The translations under genes were made by a program, and so were the position numbers. From a virus (taxonomy: Duplodnaviria; Caudoviricetes), in the IMG/VR virus record IMGVR_UViG_3300036402_000107, positions 1 through 56,019 of that record: DNA of 56,019 nucleotides; one strand, written 5' to 3'. Every line of letters begins with the position of its first letter. The stretch's first letter is position 1. Shown here in pieces: positions 35,775 to 45,620 of this stretch. The notes under the pieces were generated by a model. It saw only the letters and a list, made by a program, of their open reading frames with translations, searched no databases and was not told where the DNA came from.

Positions 35775-36999
35775 GCTTGACCCGGAGTTCGAGTCCGCCG
35801 TCATCAGGGCGATGCTGCTCTCGCCGGGCTTCGTGTCGTCCTACCGCTCGCTGCTGACGGAGGATCTCTTCACCCGCCCGCACAACAAGTACCTGTGCAC
35901 CGTCCTGCTCCGCTTCTTCGACGAGTACCGCGAGTCCCCGAGCGTCGACGTGCTGGTCGACCTCATCCGGTGCGGCGAGTACCGGGCTCGCGGCTCGCTG
36001 GTCGAGGAGGTCAAAGAGCTGCAGCCCGTCGAGAACCTGCAGTACGTCGCCGACCGGGTCACCCAGTGGGCGAGGTGGCAGAAGATCACTTACGTGCTCG
36101 ACAACGACACGAGGGACGACCCCCGCCGCTTCGGCATCCTGATCGAGGAGGCGTCGCGGACGGGCGAGCACCTCAAGGGCGGCGAGATCGTCATGGGCTC
36201 GGGGCTGCCCGACGAGCACATCGAGTACGAGCGTACCAAGATTCTCACGCCGTGGGCCAGCCTGAACGAGCGTCTACGCGGTGGCCCCGAGTACGGTCAT
36301 CTCTGCATCATCGAGAGCTTCATCAACGTCGGCAAGACCGCCCTCCTCGTGAACGTCGGGGCAGCGGCACTCGCTCAGGGCGAGATCGTCTGCTACGGCG
36401 TCTTCGAGGACGGTGAACTCGAGATCCGCCGCCGCTTCCACCAGCACATCTCGGGGATGACGCAGGAGGAGATGATCAGCTGGCCCGAAGAGAGCCGACG
36501 CCGCGTGCAGGATTGGCTGAGCATGCACAACGGGAAGCTGTACATCAAGCGTCTCCGCTCGCGTCGTTCCTCAGTGGAGGACTTCGCGGGCTGGGTTCGC
36601 TCGGTGACGGAGCGTGAGGGCCGCGAATGCAGGCTGGCGATCTCCGACTACGCCGACCGCTTCGCGGCACCGAGGCGACGCAGCGAGGACAGGCAGGAGT
36701 ACCGCGAGATCTACGAAGAGTGCAAGCTCATGGCTCAGGATCTCGACCTCGTGCACTGGACTGCCCTACAGGCGAACCGCTCGAGCCACAATCAAGACGT
36801 CGTCGGTCTGGAGTTCACGGGCGAGAGCATCGGCAAGGCCGAGGGTGCCGACCTCGTGCTCGGTGCCGGGCAGACGGCGGAGGACGTCGAACTAGGGATC
36901 ATCAACCTGTTCTCCGCCAAGGTGCGGGGAGCGAGGAAACACGAACAGTGGAGGCTCAATGCCGACTTCGAAAGGCAACGAATCACCGAGATTGACTGA
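35719..36999 (+). CDS. DnaB-like replicative helicase
   Basis: 'TPWASLN..L.GG', Walker A 'NVGKT', 'SDYAD', 'WTALQANR', 'GESIGK...AD'. Start uncertain. Confidence 0.85.
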   Translation: MPSPQRNEETRVSAQAEFELDPEFESAVIRAMLLSPGFVSSYRSLLTEDLFTRPHNKYLCTVLLRFFDEYRESPSVDVLVDLIRCGEYRARGSLVEEVKELQPVENLQYVADRVTQWARWQKITYVLDNDTRDDPRRFGILIEEASRTGEHLKGGEIVMGSGLPDEHIEYERTKILTPWASLNERLRGGPEYGHLCIIESFINVGKTALLVNVGAAALAQGEIVCYGVFEDGELEIRRRFHQHISGMTQEEMISWPEESRRRVQDWLSMHNGKLYIKRLRSRRSSVEDFAGWVRSVTEREGRECRLAISDYADRFAAPRRRSEDRQEYREIYEECKLMAQDLDLVHWTALQANRSSHNQDVVGLEFTGESIGKAEGADLVLGAGQTAEDVELGIINLFSAKVRGARKHEQWRLNADFERQRITEID

Positions 37000-37198
37000 C
37001 AGCCAGAGGACGCTCCTGCAGCTGGCCCACGTCTCCTCGATCCTGCTCAGGTATGACGAACCGCGACTTAGGACTGCCTTTAGTGCGTACGAGGGGCTGG
37101 AACAGGACGGGTACGTCAGTCTCGTCCACGTTTCCCCCGGTAAACTGCACGTCCGTCTCACCCCCAAAGGTAAGGAAGCCATCAGCTATGCATGCTAG
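36992..37198 (+). CDS. Small winged-helix-like protein
   Basis: 'LEQDGYV...VRLTPKGKE'. Confidence 0.4.
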   Translation: MTDSQRTLLQLAHVSSILLRYDEPRLRTAFSAYEGLEQDGYVSLVHVSPGKLHVRLTPKGKEAISYAC

Positions 37199-37664
37199 CA
37201 ACACCACCATGAAGTCGTTACCGCTCGAGATCCTGCACCAGATCGCCCGGACTCCCCGGGACGGCAGCAACCTGCCGATGGCCCGCAAGCTCCTGCTCTG
37301 GATGAGGTTGCAGCACGAGAGGGCGGTCAAGCTCCCGCCCGCGTGGTACGCCAAGGCGGGCACCGCCAAGGCTTGGTGGGTCGTCGCCGACCTCCCCAAC
37401 CCGAGCGGCAAGAGCGAGAGCAACGTCGTGCAGGTCGCCTTCGTCGTCGTCGGCTTCGAGTACGGGAGGGCGATGAGCACGTGCCCGGTGACGCCCGTGG
37501 TGCACTTCGCCTGCTTCTGGGACGGACTGCCCCAGACGGTGCGGGGTTGGGGCGTGAAGGAGTACGGCGAGCAGATCGTTGAGACCGAGAAGTACGAAGC
37601 GGAGGAGCAGGTCACCTACGACGCCCCCGACAACGGCAGACCCGACAAACCCAAAAGGAAGTGA
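37189..37664 (+). CDS. Hypothetical protein
   Basis: AAGGA upstream of ATG; typical codon usage. Confidence 0.5.
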
Positions 37665-37667
37665 CCC

Positions 37668-38060
37668 ATGGCCAAGGGACGCGGAATGATCGACCTATCG
37701 TGCCGCTCGTGCGGACGCCGCTACGGCTTCACGTGGATCGAGGGAGAGCCGATCCCGCCCTGCCCGCACTGCAGGGCGATGCCGAACGAGAAGACGCAGC
37801 GGGACATGGCCCACGTCTTCGCAGTGGAGGCACTTTTGGAAAAGAACGCTCACGGCATGACCCCGTGCGAGCTGCAGAGGGCGAGGATCGCCGCCGGTCT
37901 CTCGATCGGCCAAGCCGCCAAGATCCTTGGAATCACCGTCGACGATCTGGAGAGGATCGAGGGCGGGACGCGTAAGCTCGACGTCGCCCTCGCCGTCGCC
38001 ATCGACAACGCGTATTGGCTGGCGAAACAGACGAGCGATCCCACGGGTCATGAGAGGTAG
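37668..38060 (+). CDS. Zn-ribbon plus XRE-HTH transcriptional regulator
   Basis: CxxC...CxxC then 'LQRARIAAGLSIGQAAKILGITVDDLERIEGG'. Confidence 0.75.
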   Translation: MAKGRGMIDLSCRSCGRRYGFTWIEGEPIPPCPHCRAMPNEKTQRDMAHVFAVEALLEKNAHGMTPCELQRARIAAGLSIGQAAKILGITVDDLERIEGGTRKLDVALAVAIDNAYWLAKQTSDPTGHER

Positions 38061-38072
38061 GAGGATCTGCCC

Positions 38073-38387
38073 ATGCCCATCGGTTCGATTTTCAGCGTTA
38101 CGTTCTTCGGTCTGGAGCGGAAGGACGGCAGCGACGAGGGGGAAGTCCCCTGCGTCCTCGTCTCCGTCCGCAGTTCTTCGGAGATGATCGCTACCGACGT
38201 CCGTACCGACGAGACCTTCACGGTCTCCGTCCCCCCGGGCGAGCGGTTCGACGCCCTCGTGCTAGTGACTTGGATCTTGCGGCACCTCAAGCGTCCGCAA
38301 TACGAACTGAACGAAGTGAGCATGCCGATCGTCGGGCTGCTGCACGTCGTCAGCGGCGGGGCTGTCCCCGTGAAGGAGGTAGACTGA
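38073..38387 (+). CDS. Hypothetical protein
   Basis: AGGAGG SD. Confidence 0.55.
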   Translation: MPIGSIFSVTFFGLERKDGSDEGEVPCVLVSVRSSSEMIATDVRTDETFTVSVPPGERFDALVLVTWILRHLKRPQYELNEVSMPIVGLLHVVSGGAVPVKEVD

Positions 38388-38641
38388 TGGGACGCCCGAT
38401 CACCGAGGACGAGCGGCTGTTCATCGTGCGAGTCCTGAAGGACGCGACGCAGAACGTCATGCTTCTGAGCGACTTCGAGCGATCGTTCGTGTTCGAGGTC
38501 GCGACGTCCTACGCTCGCTTCGGCTCGAAGCTGCAGACCAGCAATGCTCGAATGAGGACGCTCTACAACGTCGCCGTCAAGCTCTGCACCGACTTGACTG
38601 GCGTTCCCGAGATCGACTGGGAAGAGATGGCGGAGGAATAA
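38387..38641 (+). CDS. Hypothetical protein
   Basis: AAGGAGG SD; TGATG overlap. Confidence 0.55.
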   Translation: MGRPITEDERLFIVRVLKDATQNVMLLSDFERSFVFEVATSYARFGSKLQTSNARMRTLYNVAVKLCTDLTGVPEIDWEEMAEE

Positions 38642-39234
38642 TGAACTGTTCAGAGTGCAACGGCAACAACGCTTGTACGTGCAAGGCCACGAACCTCAGG
38701 CAGAAACGGCGGAAGCTGCGAATGATCGACCGTCTCGGAGGGAGGTGCCACACGTGCGGGTGCTCCGACCCGGCTAAGCTCACGTTCGACCACATCCACG
38801 GCGGAGGCAACGTGCATCGACGCGAGTCCGGGCGGGTGACGACCCACGCCCTCGCGGCTCAGGAGAAGGACCCCAGCAAGAAGTTCCGCCTTCTCTGTCG
38901 AACCTGCCACGCGTTCGAGGACATGCCTCGCATCCTCCACGGCGTCTCGCAGGGCGGAGACTCTGCGTTCATCAAGCAGCTGCGGAGTCTGAAGAACAAC
39001 CCGCTCCTGTGGGCCATCTTCAGCAGCGACCTGCGGGAGATGGTGCGTCTCCTCTTCCTCTGTCTTCCTGAGAACGTCCAAAAGGATGCTGGCGTGTCGG
39101 AGGAGAACGACTACTACCACACCGAGATGCAGATTGACGACTTCGACTTCGTCTCGGAGACGCTGGGTGAAGCCTACCCGGCGTTCAAGTTCATCTTCCG
39201 CGTGGCCGGTTTGGAGGAGGAGATTCAGGCGTGA
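38641..39234 (+). CDS. HNH-like nuclease domain protein
   Basis: 'LGGRCHTCG...LTFDHIHGGG...FRLLCRTCH'. Confidence 0.7.
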   Translation: MNCSECNGNNACTCKATNLRQKRRKLRMIDRLGGRCHTCGCSDPAKLTFDHIHGGGNVHRRESGRVTTHALAAQEKDPSKKFRLLCRTCHAFEDMPRILHGVSQGGDSAFIKQLRSLKNNPLLWAIFSSDLREMVRLLFLCLPENVQKDAGVSEENDYYHTEMQIDDFDFVSETLGEAYPAFKFIFRVAGLEEEIQA

Positions 39235-40211
39235 GCACTCGAGAGCTTAACAAGACGATCCTCGAGTACGTGAGGAGGGCGGTGGAGCTTGGGGACTACG
39301 AAGTCTCCGGCTTCCGCCTTCTCATGCGGTGCCCGCTCCCCGAGTGCCAAGAGGCCCGCAAACAGGAGCACTTCTACGTTAACCGCGAGTGGTATGGCTG
39401 GAAGTGCTACCGGCAGGGGGTGCAGGGCTCGCTGCGGGATCTCGTGCTGGCGAACCCCCTGCTCTGGGCACCGGTGCGGTCGCTGGACGACCGGGGGCAG
39501 GCTCGGCTCTCCGCCGACGTCCACCGGCTGCCCGACGACCTCGTCCCCCTCACCGAGGTCTCCGACCGCATCTTCGCCTCCCACCGGCGACGGGCTTATG
39601 AATACGCACTGCGGCGGGGCATCTCCCCGGCACAGATCCACGACTACAAGCTCGCCGTCAAGCAGGCCGACCCCCGCCTGTGGTTCCCCTTCTGGACGCC
39701 CGAGGGCGAGACGGTCTTCCGCATGGGCAGGCTCATCGAGACGCCGGGCGACCCGCCCGTCGAGGCGATCAAGACGTGGGACGAGGGCGTGCCCGACAAG
39801 CCGCTGTACGGCTCGCACGTCCGGAAGCCCACGGGGTTCCTCGCCCTCGTCGAGGGCGTCGTCGATCACTTCGTGACGCCGCACAGCTGCAGCCTGATGG
39901 GGAGCACGATCACGACCTCGCAGGCGGACACCGTCGAGCAGTGGTGCCGCGACGGGCTGGTCGACCGCGTCTTCGGGCTGTTCGACCCCGACGCCAAGGA
40001 CAAGGCCCGGCGTGAGATCCTGAAGCTGAGGAGGAGGGGCGTGAACGCGGCGGCGTGCTTCCTCGAGCGGACGGACAGCGACCCGGGGAAGCTTGGGGCG
40101 GGGGTGATGGGGCGGGTCAGCCGTGCTCTCGGGGCTGTGGCTTGCTCGACTCTTGCATCAAGACCGTTTCTAACACTTCACGTGCCTCCGCCAGCGTTCG
40201 CGACACCGTAG
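39231..40211 (+). CDS. DNA primase (Zn finger plus TOPRIM)
   Basis: 'CPLPEC...H...WKCYR', 'LVEGVVD', 'FDPDA', 'DPG'. Confidence 0.8.
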   Translation: MSTRELNKTILEYVRRAVELGDYEVSGFRLLMRCPLPECQEARKQEHFYVNREWYGWKCYRQGVQGSLRDLVLANPLLWAPVRSLDDRGQARLSADVHRLPDDLVPLTEVSDRIFASHRRRAYEYALRRGISPAQIHDYKLAVKQADPRLWFPFWTPEGETVFRMGRLIETPGDPPVEAIKTWDEGVPDKPLYGSHVRKPTGFLALVEGVVDHFVTPHSCSLMGSTITTSQADTVEQWCRDGLVDRVFGLFDPDAKDKARREILKLRRRGVNAAACFLERTDSDPGKLGAGVMGRVSRALGAVACSTLASRPFLTLHVPPPAFATP

Positions 40212-40659
40212 CGAGCGACAGGCCGCTGATCCTCGCCAGCTGACGCTGCGTCGCCGCACAGGGCGTCGGCGGGAAGAGACGGGCGTGGACGACCCGCGTC
40301 TGCCGACCGGAGAGACGCATGACCGCTTCCTTGAGGGCGAGGATCGAGAGCGGGTCGGGCCGCTGGTGCGGCAGGAGCGGGGAGACCTCGCCCACGGTGA
40401 AGCGGTACTGCTCGTGCCTGCGTATGTTCTTGCACTTGTTGCGGATCGCCGCGATCACCGACCCGGGGTGCGTCTTGCAGACCCGCCCCTCGTGGTACTT
40501 GCTCCGCGTCGGCCTCGCCGTCCAGTTCTGGCGGGAGAGGTGGATCAGGACTTCCTGCCTTATGTCGTCGGCGTCCCAGATGCCGGTCACGAACTTGCTC
40601 GCCTGATGCCGGATCATCTCGCCGAACCACAGGTCGAGGTACTCGATGGTGAGCTTCAT
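40117..40659 (-). CDS. ECF-like sigma factor (minus strand)
   Basis: GGAGG SD; 'DADDIRQEVLI', 'IRNKCKNIRR', 'LSGRQTRV...TQRQLARISGLSLATVSR'. Confidence 0.75.
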   Translation of the reverse strand: MKLTIEYLDLWFGEMIRHQASKFVTGIWDADDIRQEVLIHLSRQNWTARPTRSKYHEGRVCKTHPGSVIAAIRNKCKNIRRHEQYRFTVGEVSPLLPHQRPDPLSILALKEAVMRLSGRQTRVVHARLFPPTPCAATQRQLARISGLSLATVSRTLAEAREVLETVLMQESSKPQPREHG

Positions 40660-40671
40660 GCTTCCTCCGTG

Positions 40672-40711
40672 AACAAACAGGTGCCCGGGGCAGCACGACA
40701 CCCCGGGCACC
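40672..40711 (-). terminator. Intrinsic terminator between the two minus-strand genes
   Basis: 11-bp stem GGTGCCCGGGG / CCCCGGGCACC followed on the minus strand by TGTTTGTT. Confidence 0.65.
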
Positions 40712-40728
40712 GCACCTAGGAACGCCGA

Positions 40729-41133
40729 TCAGAGGGCGAAGCCGGACTCCACCAGACGCCACTCCTTGAGGAGGGCGAGGACGCGATCCCGGATCGTCAT
40801 GTTGCGGAAGCGACCGAGGAACTTGCAGATCGCCGTCTCGTGGGTCATCGGCTCCTCGAAGTCGCTGGCCCGAAACACGATCGTCGGCGAGTCGACGGGC
40901 TGATCGACGATCACGAAGTCGATGCCGTGGCCTCCTGAGCCGATCAGGGCGATCGTGTTCTCCCGGTAGACGGTGGCGACGAGGCAGATGCCGAAAGCGA
41001 CGGCCCGATAGTCGAGGGTGAAGTCCCAGTCGGCGGACGCGGGATTGGCGGGATCAGCCTTGACGCTCTCGCTGACGTGACGGTCTTGACGATCCCAGTA
41101 GTCGACGGCGAGGGGAACAGCGGACGAACCCAT
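40729..41133 (-). CDS. Hypothetical protein (minus strand)
   Basis: GGAGG SD before ATG 41133; downstream of P6. Confidence 0.6.
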   Translation of the reverse strand: MGSSAVPLAVDYWDRQDRHVSESVKADPANPASADWDFTLDYRAVAFGICLVATVYRENTIALIGSGGHGIDFVIVDQPVDSPTIVFRASDFEEPMTHETAICKFLGRFRNMTIRDRVLALLKEWRLVESGFAL

Positions 41134-41193
41134 GACAACCTCCATGGTGAGGGAAAGGCGGGACACGACGGCAACACGCCGCCGAGATCACTC

Positions 41194-41222
41194 ATTGTAC
41201 CAGACCCGGTACCCCTTGTCAA
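41194..41222 (-). promoter_or_regulatory. sigma70 promoter P6 driving the minus-strand operon
   Basis: TTGACA-17-TACAAT with extended TG on the reverse strand. Confidence 0.85.
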
Positions 41223-41275
41223 GCATGCAAAAGCGGAGGGCGAACCTCGTGCAGGTAGACAGCGTATAACCGGGT

Positions 41276-41752
41276 ATGGCAGCAGCGACCATGGAAGCGA
41301 AGAAGCCCAACCCCTACGAAGCCCCGAAGATCGACTGGCACGCGGCCGAGCGGTTCTTCCTCTTCGACCCGTCCCTCCCGTCGATCAAGGACGTCGCCGT
41401 CAAGTACGGCGTCAGCTACCTGACGGCCCACAAGCACGCGACCCGTGGCCGGTGGGTGAAGCGGCGGAGCACGGAGCACAAGAGGCTGCACGAGAGGGCG
41501 TTGGAGGAGTGCCGCAAGCTGTACGTCGAGGATCGCGTCCTCCGTCTGCGTAGGCTGACGAGGCTGATCGACGCGGCACTCGACGACGCGGTGACCGAAC
41601 CGGGCGAGGCGGTGCCCCACATCCTCAAGCTCATACGGGTCGAGCAGGAGATCATCGAGGGGCTGCCGTCCGATCGGGCACGCGACCGAGTACTACGTGA
41701 ACACGTCGATCGAGCACTGACGCTCGGCGGCTTACACAGGAGAGAAGAATGA
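41276..41752 (+). CDS. HTH protein resembling terminase small subunit N-termini
   Basis: 'IDW......F.....SIKDVAVKYGVSY.T....A.RGRW..RR'. Confidence 0.55.
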   Translation: MAAATMEAKKPNPYEAPKIDWHAAERFFLFDPSLPSIKDVAVKYGVSYLTAHKHATRGRWVKRRSTEHKRLHERALEECRKLYVEDRVLRLRRLTRLIDAALDDAVTEPGEAVPHILKLIRVEQEIIEGLPSDRARDRVLREHVDRALTLGGLHRREE

Positions 41753-42489
41753 GCGACGAGACAGGGAACGCGGGGAAGCAGAACCCCAAGCACCGGGCCA
41801 AGTACCGCGTCTTCGTGAGCGGACGGTACGCGAGCAGGAAGCGGGCGTCGGACTTCACGCAGGCCATGTGCCAGCAGAACGACCAGACCGTCTGCCCGCT
41901 GTACTGGTTCCTGCACGACCGGGACGACGACCAGCTCACACCGGCCGAGAAGCTGGGGCTGTCCACGACGATCCTCCGGGCGATCCGGGAGTGCGACTAC
42001 TTCGTGCACCTCCACGAGAACGTGCCGCAGCGGGGCGGGAACCTCGTGGAGCTGGGGATGGCCCTCGCACTCGGCAAGACCGTAATCGCCGTCCTCCCGC
42101 ACGTCGACGCCCTCGTCGCCCCGCCGACCCCGACAAAGGACGTCCCGAACCAGAAGATCCCGCCCGTCACCCGTCAGATGGTCCCCATGGGCGGCGTCTT
42201 CCACGAGCTTCCCCAGTGCTACGTGGTGAGGACGGACGACGAAGCCCTCGCCACGCTCCACCGCTGGATCGTCCGGAAGGCCAACCCCTCCCCCGAGTCC
42301 CGTGGGGTGCAGCTCGTGCCCTCCCATGTGGCCGACGTCGGGGAGGAAGGTCAGGTGGTCTACGGCGGCCTAGGGCTCGTCCCCAAGCCCGCGTCGATGA
42401 ACACGCCCGTTCTCGGCCCGGTCGCCGTGGAGTACCGGGCGGACGCGGCGGAGCAGAAGTCGCCCAAGAGTCGTAAACGCAACACGTAG
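41749..42489 (+). CDS. Nucleoside 2-deoxyribosyltransferase/nucleotide N-glycosidase-like protein
   Basis: 'VFVSGRY', 'AIRECDYFV', 'GGNLVELGMALALGKTVI'. Confidence 0.7.
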   Translation: MSDETGNAGKQNPKHRAKYRVFVSGRYASRKRASDFTQAMCQQNDQTVCPLYWFLHDRDDDQLTPAEKLGLSTTILRAIRECDYFVHLHENVPQRGGNLVELGMALALGKTVIAVLPHVDALVAPPTPTKDVPNQKIPPVTRQMVPMGGVFHELPQCYVVRTDDEALATLHRWIVRKANPSPESRGVQLVPSHVADVGEEGQVVYGGLGLVPKPASMNTPVLGPVAVEYRADAAEQKSPKSRKRNT

Positions 42490-43140
42490 ACTTCTCACTC
42501 AAAGGATAAACACGCATGGCTAAGCAGCGACCGATCAGGATAGAGCGTGGGGGGCAGATCGTGCGTCTCAACCCCGAGTGCTCGCTCTGCCACCAGCCCA
42601 CACCTTTGCACATGCTCTCAAGTGGAGTGTGCTACGACTGCCAGACCCCGGTCACGGCGTCCACCCCCATCGTGCTCTCCCGTTCCCTCGTGAACGTCGC
42701 CGCCATGAAGTCCGCCATCAAGCGGGGCGAGCATTCTGCGGGAGGTCTGTGATGAAGAAGCTGTACGGCAACTGTGTCGGTTGCCAGCACGACCTGACCA
42801 CCGGCCCGTGCGGTGGCTGCGGAGCAGAACAAGAGGTCAAGGATGAGCCTAGTACCCGTACTGCCAATCCGCTCGACGTCCCGCACCCTGCTGAACCTGA
42901 GACCCCGCACCCGAGTGCGGATCAAGACGGGCTGGATGACGGCGGGGAGCGTGGGCGTCGTGATCGGGGCGTCGATCCTCGTTGACACGGTCTGGTGGAC
43001 GCCCGTAGTGTGGGAAGATCAGGACGAGCCGGACTGGTTCCGGTCTCATGGGCTGGAGATCATCAAGTGACGCACACTGACTGGCTCATGACGGCCCTCT
43101 GTGTGGCCTTGACGATCCTTGCCCTGAGGAGACCGAGACG

Positions 43141-43584
43141 ATGAGCGACGTATGGTACGACCACCTGCACTGCAGCACCGTGGTGAAGGAAGGCGAGCAG
43201 TACATCGGGACGCTCTTCCCCGACACCGGCAAGCTGGCCCACGCTCGGCCGACCTACACCGAGGAGGACAGGGCACGGGCCGTCGCTCTCGGCTACGGGG
43301 AGGAGGGCGTCTGGCTCATGCACGTCGAACACGAGCTGCTGCACACCATCGTCTCGGAGGGCTTCGTCTACCTGTGGTCTCCCGTCCTGTACGCCGCCGC
43401 CCACGACCAGCTGGGGCAGCTCGACCGGGTCACCGGGATCGAGGACTACGGGCGACTGGAGGAGTGCAGGGTGTTCGCAGCACAGCGGCTCGTCCGGACG
43501 GGCGAACCCCAACCCCTCTGGCTCCCGGCGTGGATGACGAGAGAGTCCCTGCAGTACAAGATCGAGGGGAGGAGACGGCGGTGA
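43141..43584 (+). CDS. Hypothetical protein with HExxH motif
   Basis: 'VEHELLH'; GAGGA SD. Confidence 0.5.
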   Translation: MSDVWYDHLHCSTVVKEGEQYIGTLFPDTGKLAHARPTYTEEDRARAVALGYGEEGVWLMHVEHELLHTIVSEGFVYLWSPVLYAAAHDQLGQLDRVTGIEDYGRLEECRVFAAQRLVRTGEPQPLWLPAWMTRESLQYKIEGRRRR

Positions 43585-43968
43585 GAAGGTGGCCCAAACC
43601 GACAGGACACGGAGGCAGCATGGCACTCTGGAGCGAGACACGACGTGAGTGGTACGAAGAGGATCGCAGGCTCTTTGTCCCGGTGCACCACGGGTCGGAC
43701 GGTCTCAGCTCGTCGATTGTCGACCCCTGCAAGCCCTGCAGCCCCATCGAGCGAGGGGAGGCGAGAGGGATCGAGATCCACCCCGCTCTCGTCGAGGATC
43801 TCCTGCGGCGGGCTTGTCCCCACGCGGGCAACCCTGAACACGCATTCTACTGCCGCTTCTGCGGCGAAAGGCTCTACCGTGGTGCTCTCCCCCCGAACCG
43901 TCAACCACCAGAACGTACCCACCCGCCGACTCCCCGTCCCGCACCTCACCGAGGATCTGCAGGTCTCC

Positions 43969-44388
43969 TTGCCCGGCTACGTCTGGCCGCAAGTACGCTT
44001 CTCGGCCGACCCGGGCGGTAAGGTCTTCGAGTACGAGGCCAAGGTCGAGCGGGTCGTCGACGGCGACACCCTGTGGGCTCTCCTCAAAGAGTCCCGCGAC
44101 TTCGGCTTCGATCAGGTCGTCACCGTCGAGAAGCGTATCGACCTCCGCCTGTTCGGGCTGGACGCCAAGCACAAAGACACGCTGGAAGGGAAGGACGCCA
44201 TGCAGATGCTCATCGACGAGACGCTCCGCCCGGGTCTCCGAGTCCAGACCATCAAGGACAAGAGGGAGAAGTTCGGCCGGTTCCTCGCCGTGCTCTGGGT
44301 GGGGGACGAGGTGAAGAGCGTAAACCAGCGGATGATCGAGGCGGGCTTGGCTCTGCCGTGGAATGGTAAAGGACCGCACCCGGTATGA
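43969..44388 (+). CDS. Thermonuclease (SNase-like)
   Basis: 'RVVDGDTL', 'LRLFGLDA', 'KFGRFLA', 'VNQRMIEAGLA'. Start uncertain. Confidence 0.8.
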   Translation: MPGYVWPQVRFSADPGGKVFEYEAKVERVVDGDTLWALLKESRDFGFDQVVTVEKRIDLRLFGLDAKHKDTLEGKDAMQMLIDETLRPGLRVQTIKDKREKFGRFLAVLWVGDEVKSVNQRMIEAGLALPWNGKGPHPV

Positions 44389-44651
44389 GCGACGTGGATC
44401 TATCGATCGTCGGTGAAGACCTCTGCGTGCTGCCGCTGAAGAACGGGCTGTGGAAGTGCAGGCGGATGACGCCGTCCCGGGTCGAGCGGTGGCGTAGGGC
44501 GTGGAAAGGATGGTGGGACAGGAAGGGCGTAAGACTCGCGATCAGCCCCGAGATGTGGAGAAGAGGATGAGCGACGTGATCCACCCGATGTACCCCGTTG
44601 ACTGCGACATGCTGGGCGATCCGTCCGAAGACCATCATAAAGGAGAGCACC

Positions 44652-45479
44652 GTGGCCGAAACCGTTACACTCATGCGACCGAACTACGGGCAGCACGCCC
44701 TGCGGCTCGTTCCCGATCAGGACAACTATAAGGGCACCGGGCGTCTGCGGGCAATCGACCTGCGAGACGACCGCTTCCGTCTGGGCAAGGTAGACCGCCA
44801 GCTCAAGGCCGCTCGCGTCCTCAAGACCAGCAACGCGGGCAAGACCTTCCGGCATTGGTGGATCGACCGGGATCTCCCCATCGACCAGATGCAGACCTCC
44901 GCCTGCACCGGCTTCTCGACGGCTGGCGTGATCATGGTCGGCCCCGTTACGCACGAGGGCTACCGGACGTTCGAGGAGGGCAACAAGCTTGGGAGGAGGC
45001 TGTACGCCGGTGCCCTCGACAACGACGAGTGGCAGGGCAACGACCCGTGCTGTGGCTCCTCCGTCCGTGCCGCCGTGAAGACCGCCGTGGACGCCGGGTT
45101 CTTCAAGAGCTTCGCGTGGGCGTACACCGTGGACGAGATCGTCGAGTGGCTGCTCCGCTTCGGCCCGGGGATCTTCGGCATCGTCTGGCCCGACTCCTTC
45201 ATGCGTACCGACAAGCACGGCTACCTGCAGATCGGCGACACCGCAACGCTGAGCAACCCGCACGCGGCGGGCCACGCGATCGCAGCGGTCGGCGTGAACA
45301 CGAGCTACCGCAACCCGGACGGCACCAAGGGCTTCGTCGAGCTGCTCAACTCGTGGGGCAAGCCGTGGGGCAGGGAGGGCAACGGCACCGCCCGTCTCAC
45401 CTTGGCCACCGTGCCCGCCCTCCTCGCCGCCGATGGGGAGTTCTGCTGCCCGGTCGATCAGAAGATCAAGGCGGCGTAA
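44652..45479 (+). CDS. Papain-like (C1) cysteine peptidase
   Basis: 'DQMQTSACTGFS', 'GHAI', 'NSWG..WG..G'; AAGGAG SD. Confidence 0.85.
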   Translation: MAETVTLMRPNYGQHALRLVPDQDNYKGTGRLRAIDLRDDRFRLGKVDRQLKAARVLKTSNAGKTFRHWWIDRDLPIDQMQTSACTGFSTAGVIMVGPVTHEGYRTFEEGNKLGRRLYAGALDNDEWQGNDPCCGSSVRAAVKTAVDAGFFKSFAWAYTVDEIVEWLLRFGPGIFGIVWPDSFMRTDKHGYLQIGDTATLSNPHAAGHAIAAVGVNTSYRNPDGTKGFVELLNSWGKPWGREGNGTARLTLATVPALLAADGEFCCPVDQKIKAA

Positions 45480-45620
45480 CGATCTCTGGAAGTGCCAGCA
45501 GGACTGATCTGATCCCTGCGTTTGGCGTCCAAACCTCCGCGTCCGGCTTCACCGCTGGGCGTGGATTTAGGGCCGAGAGCTTTGACGGGCTCTCGGCCCT
45601 TCTCTTGTCCGGCTACGGGT

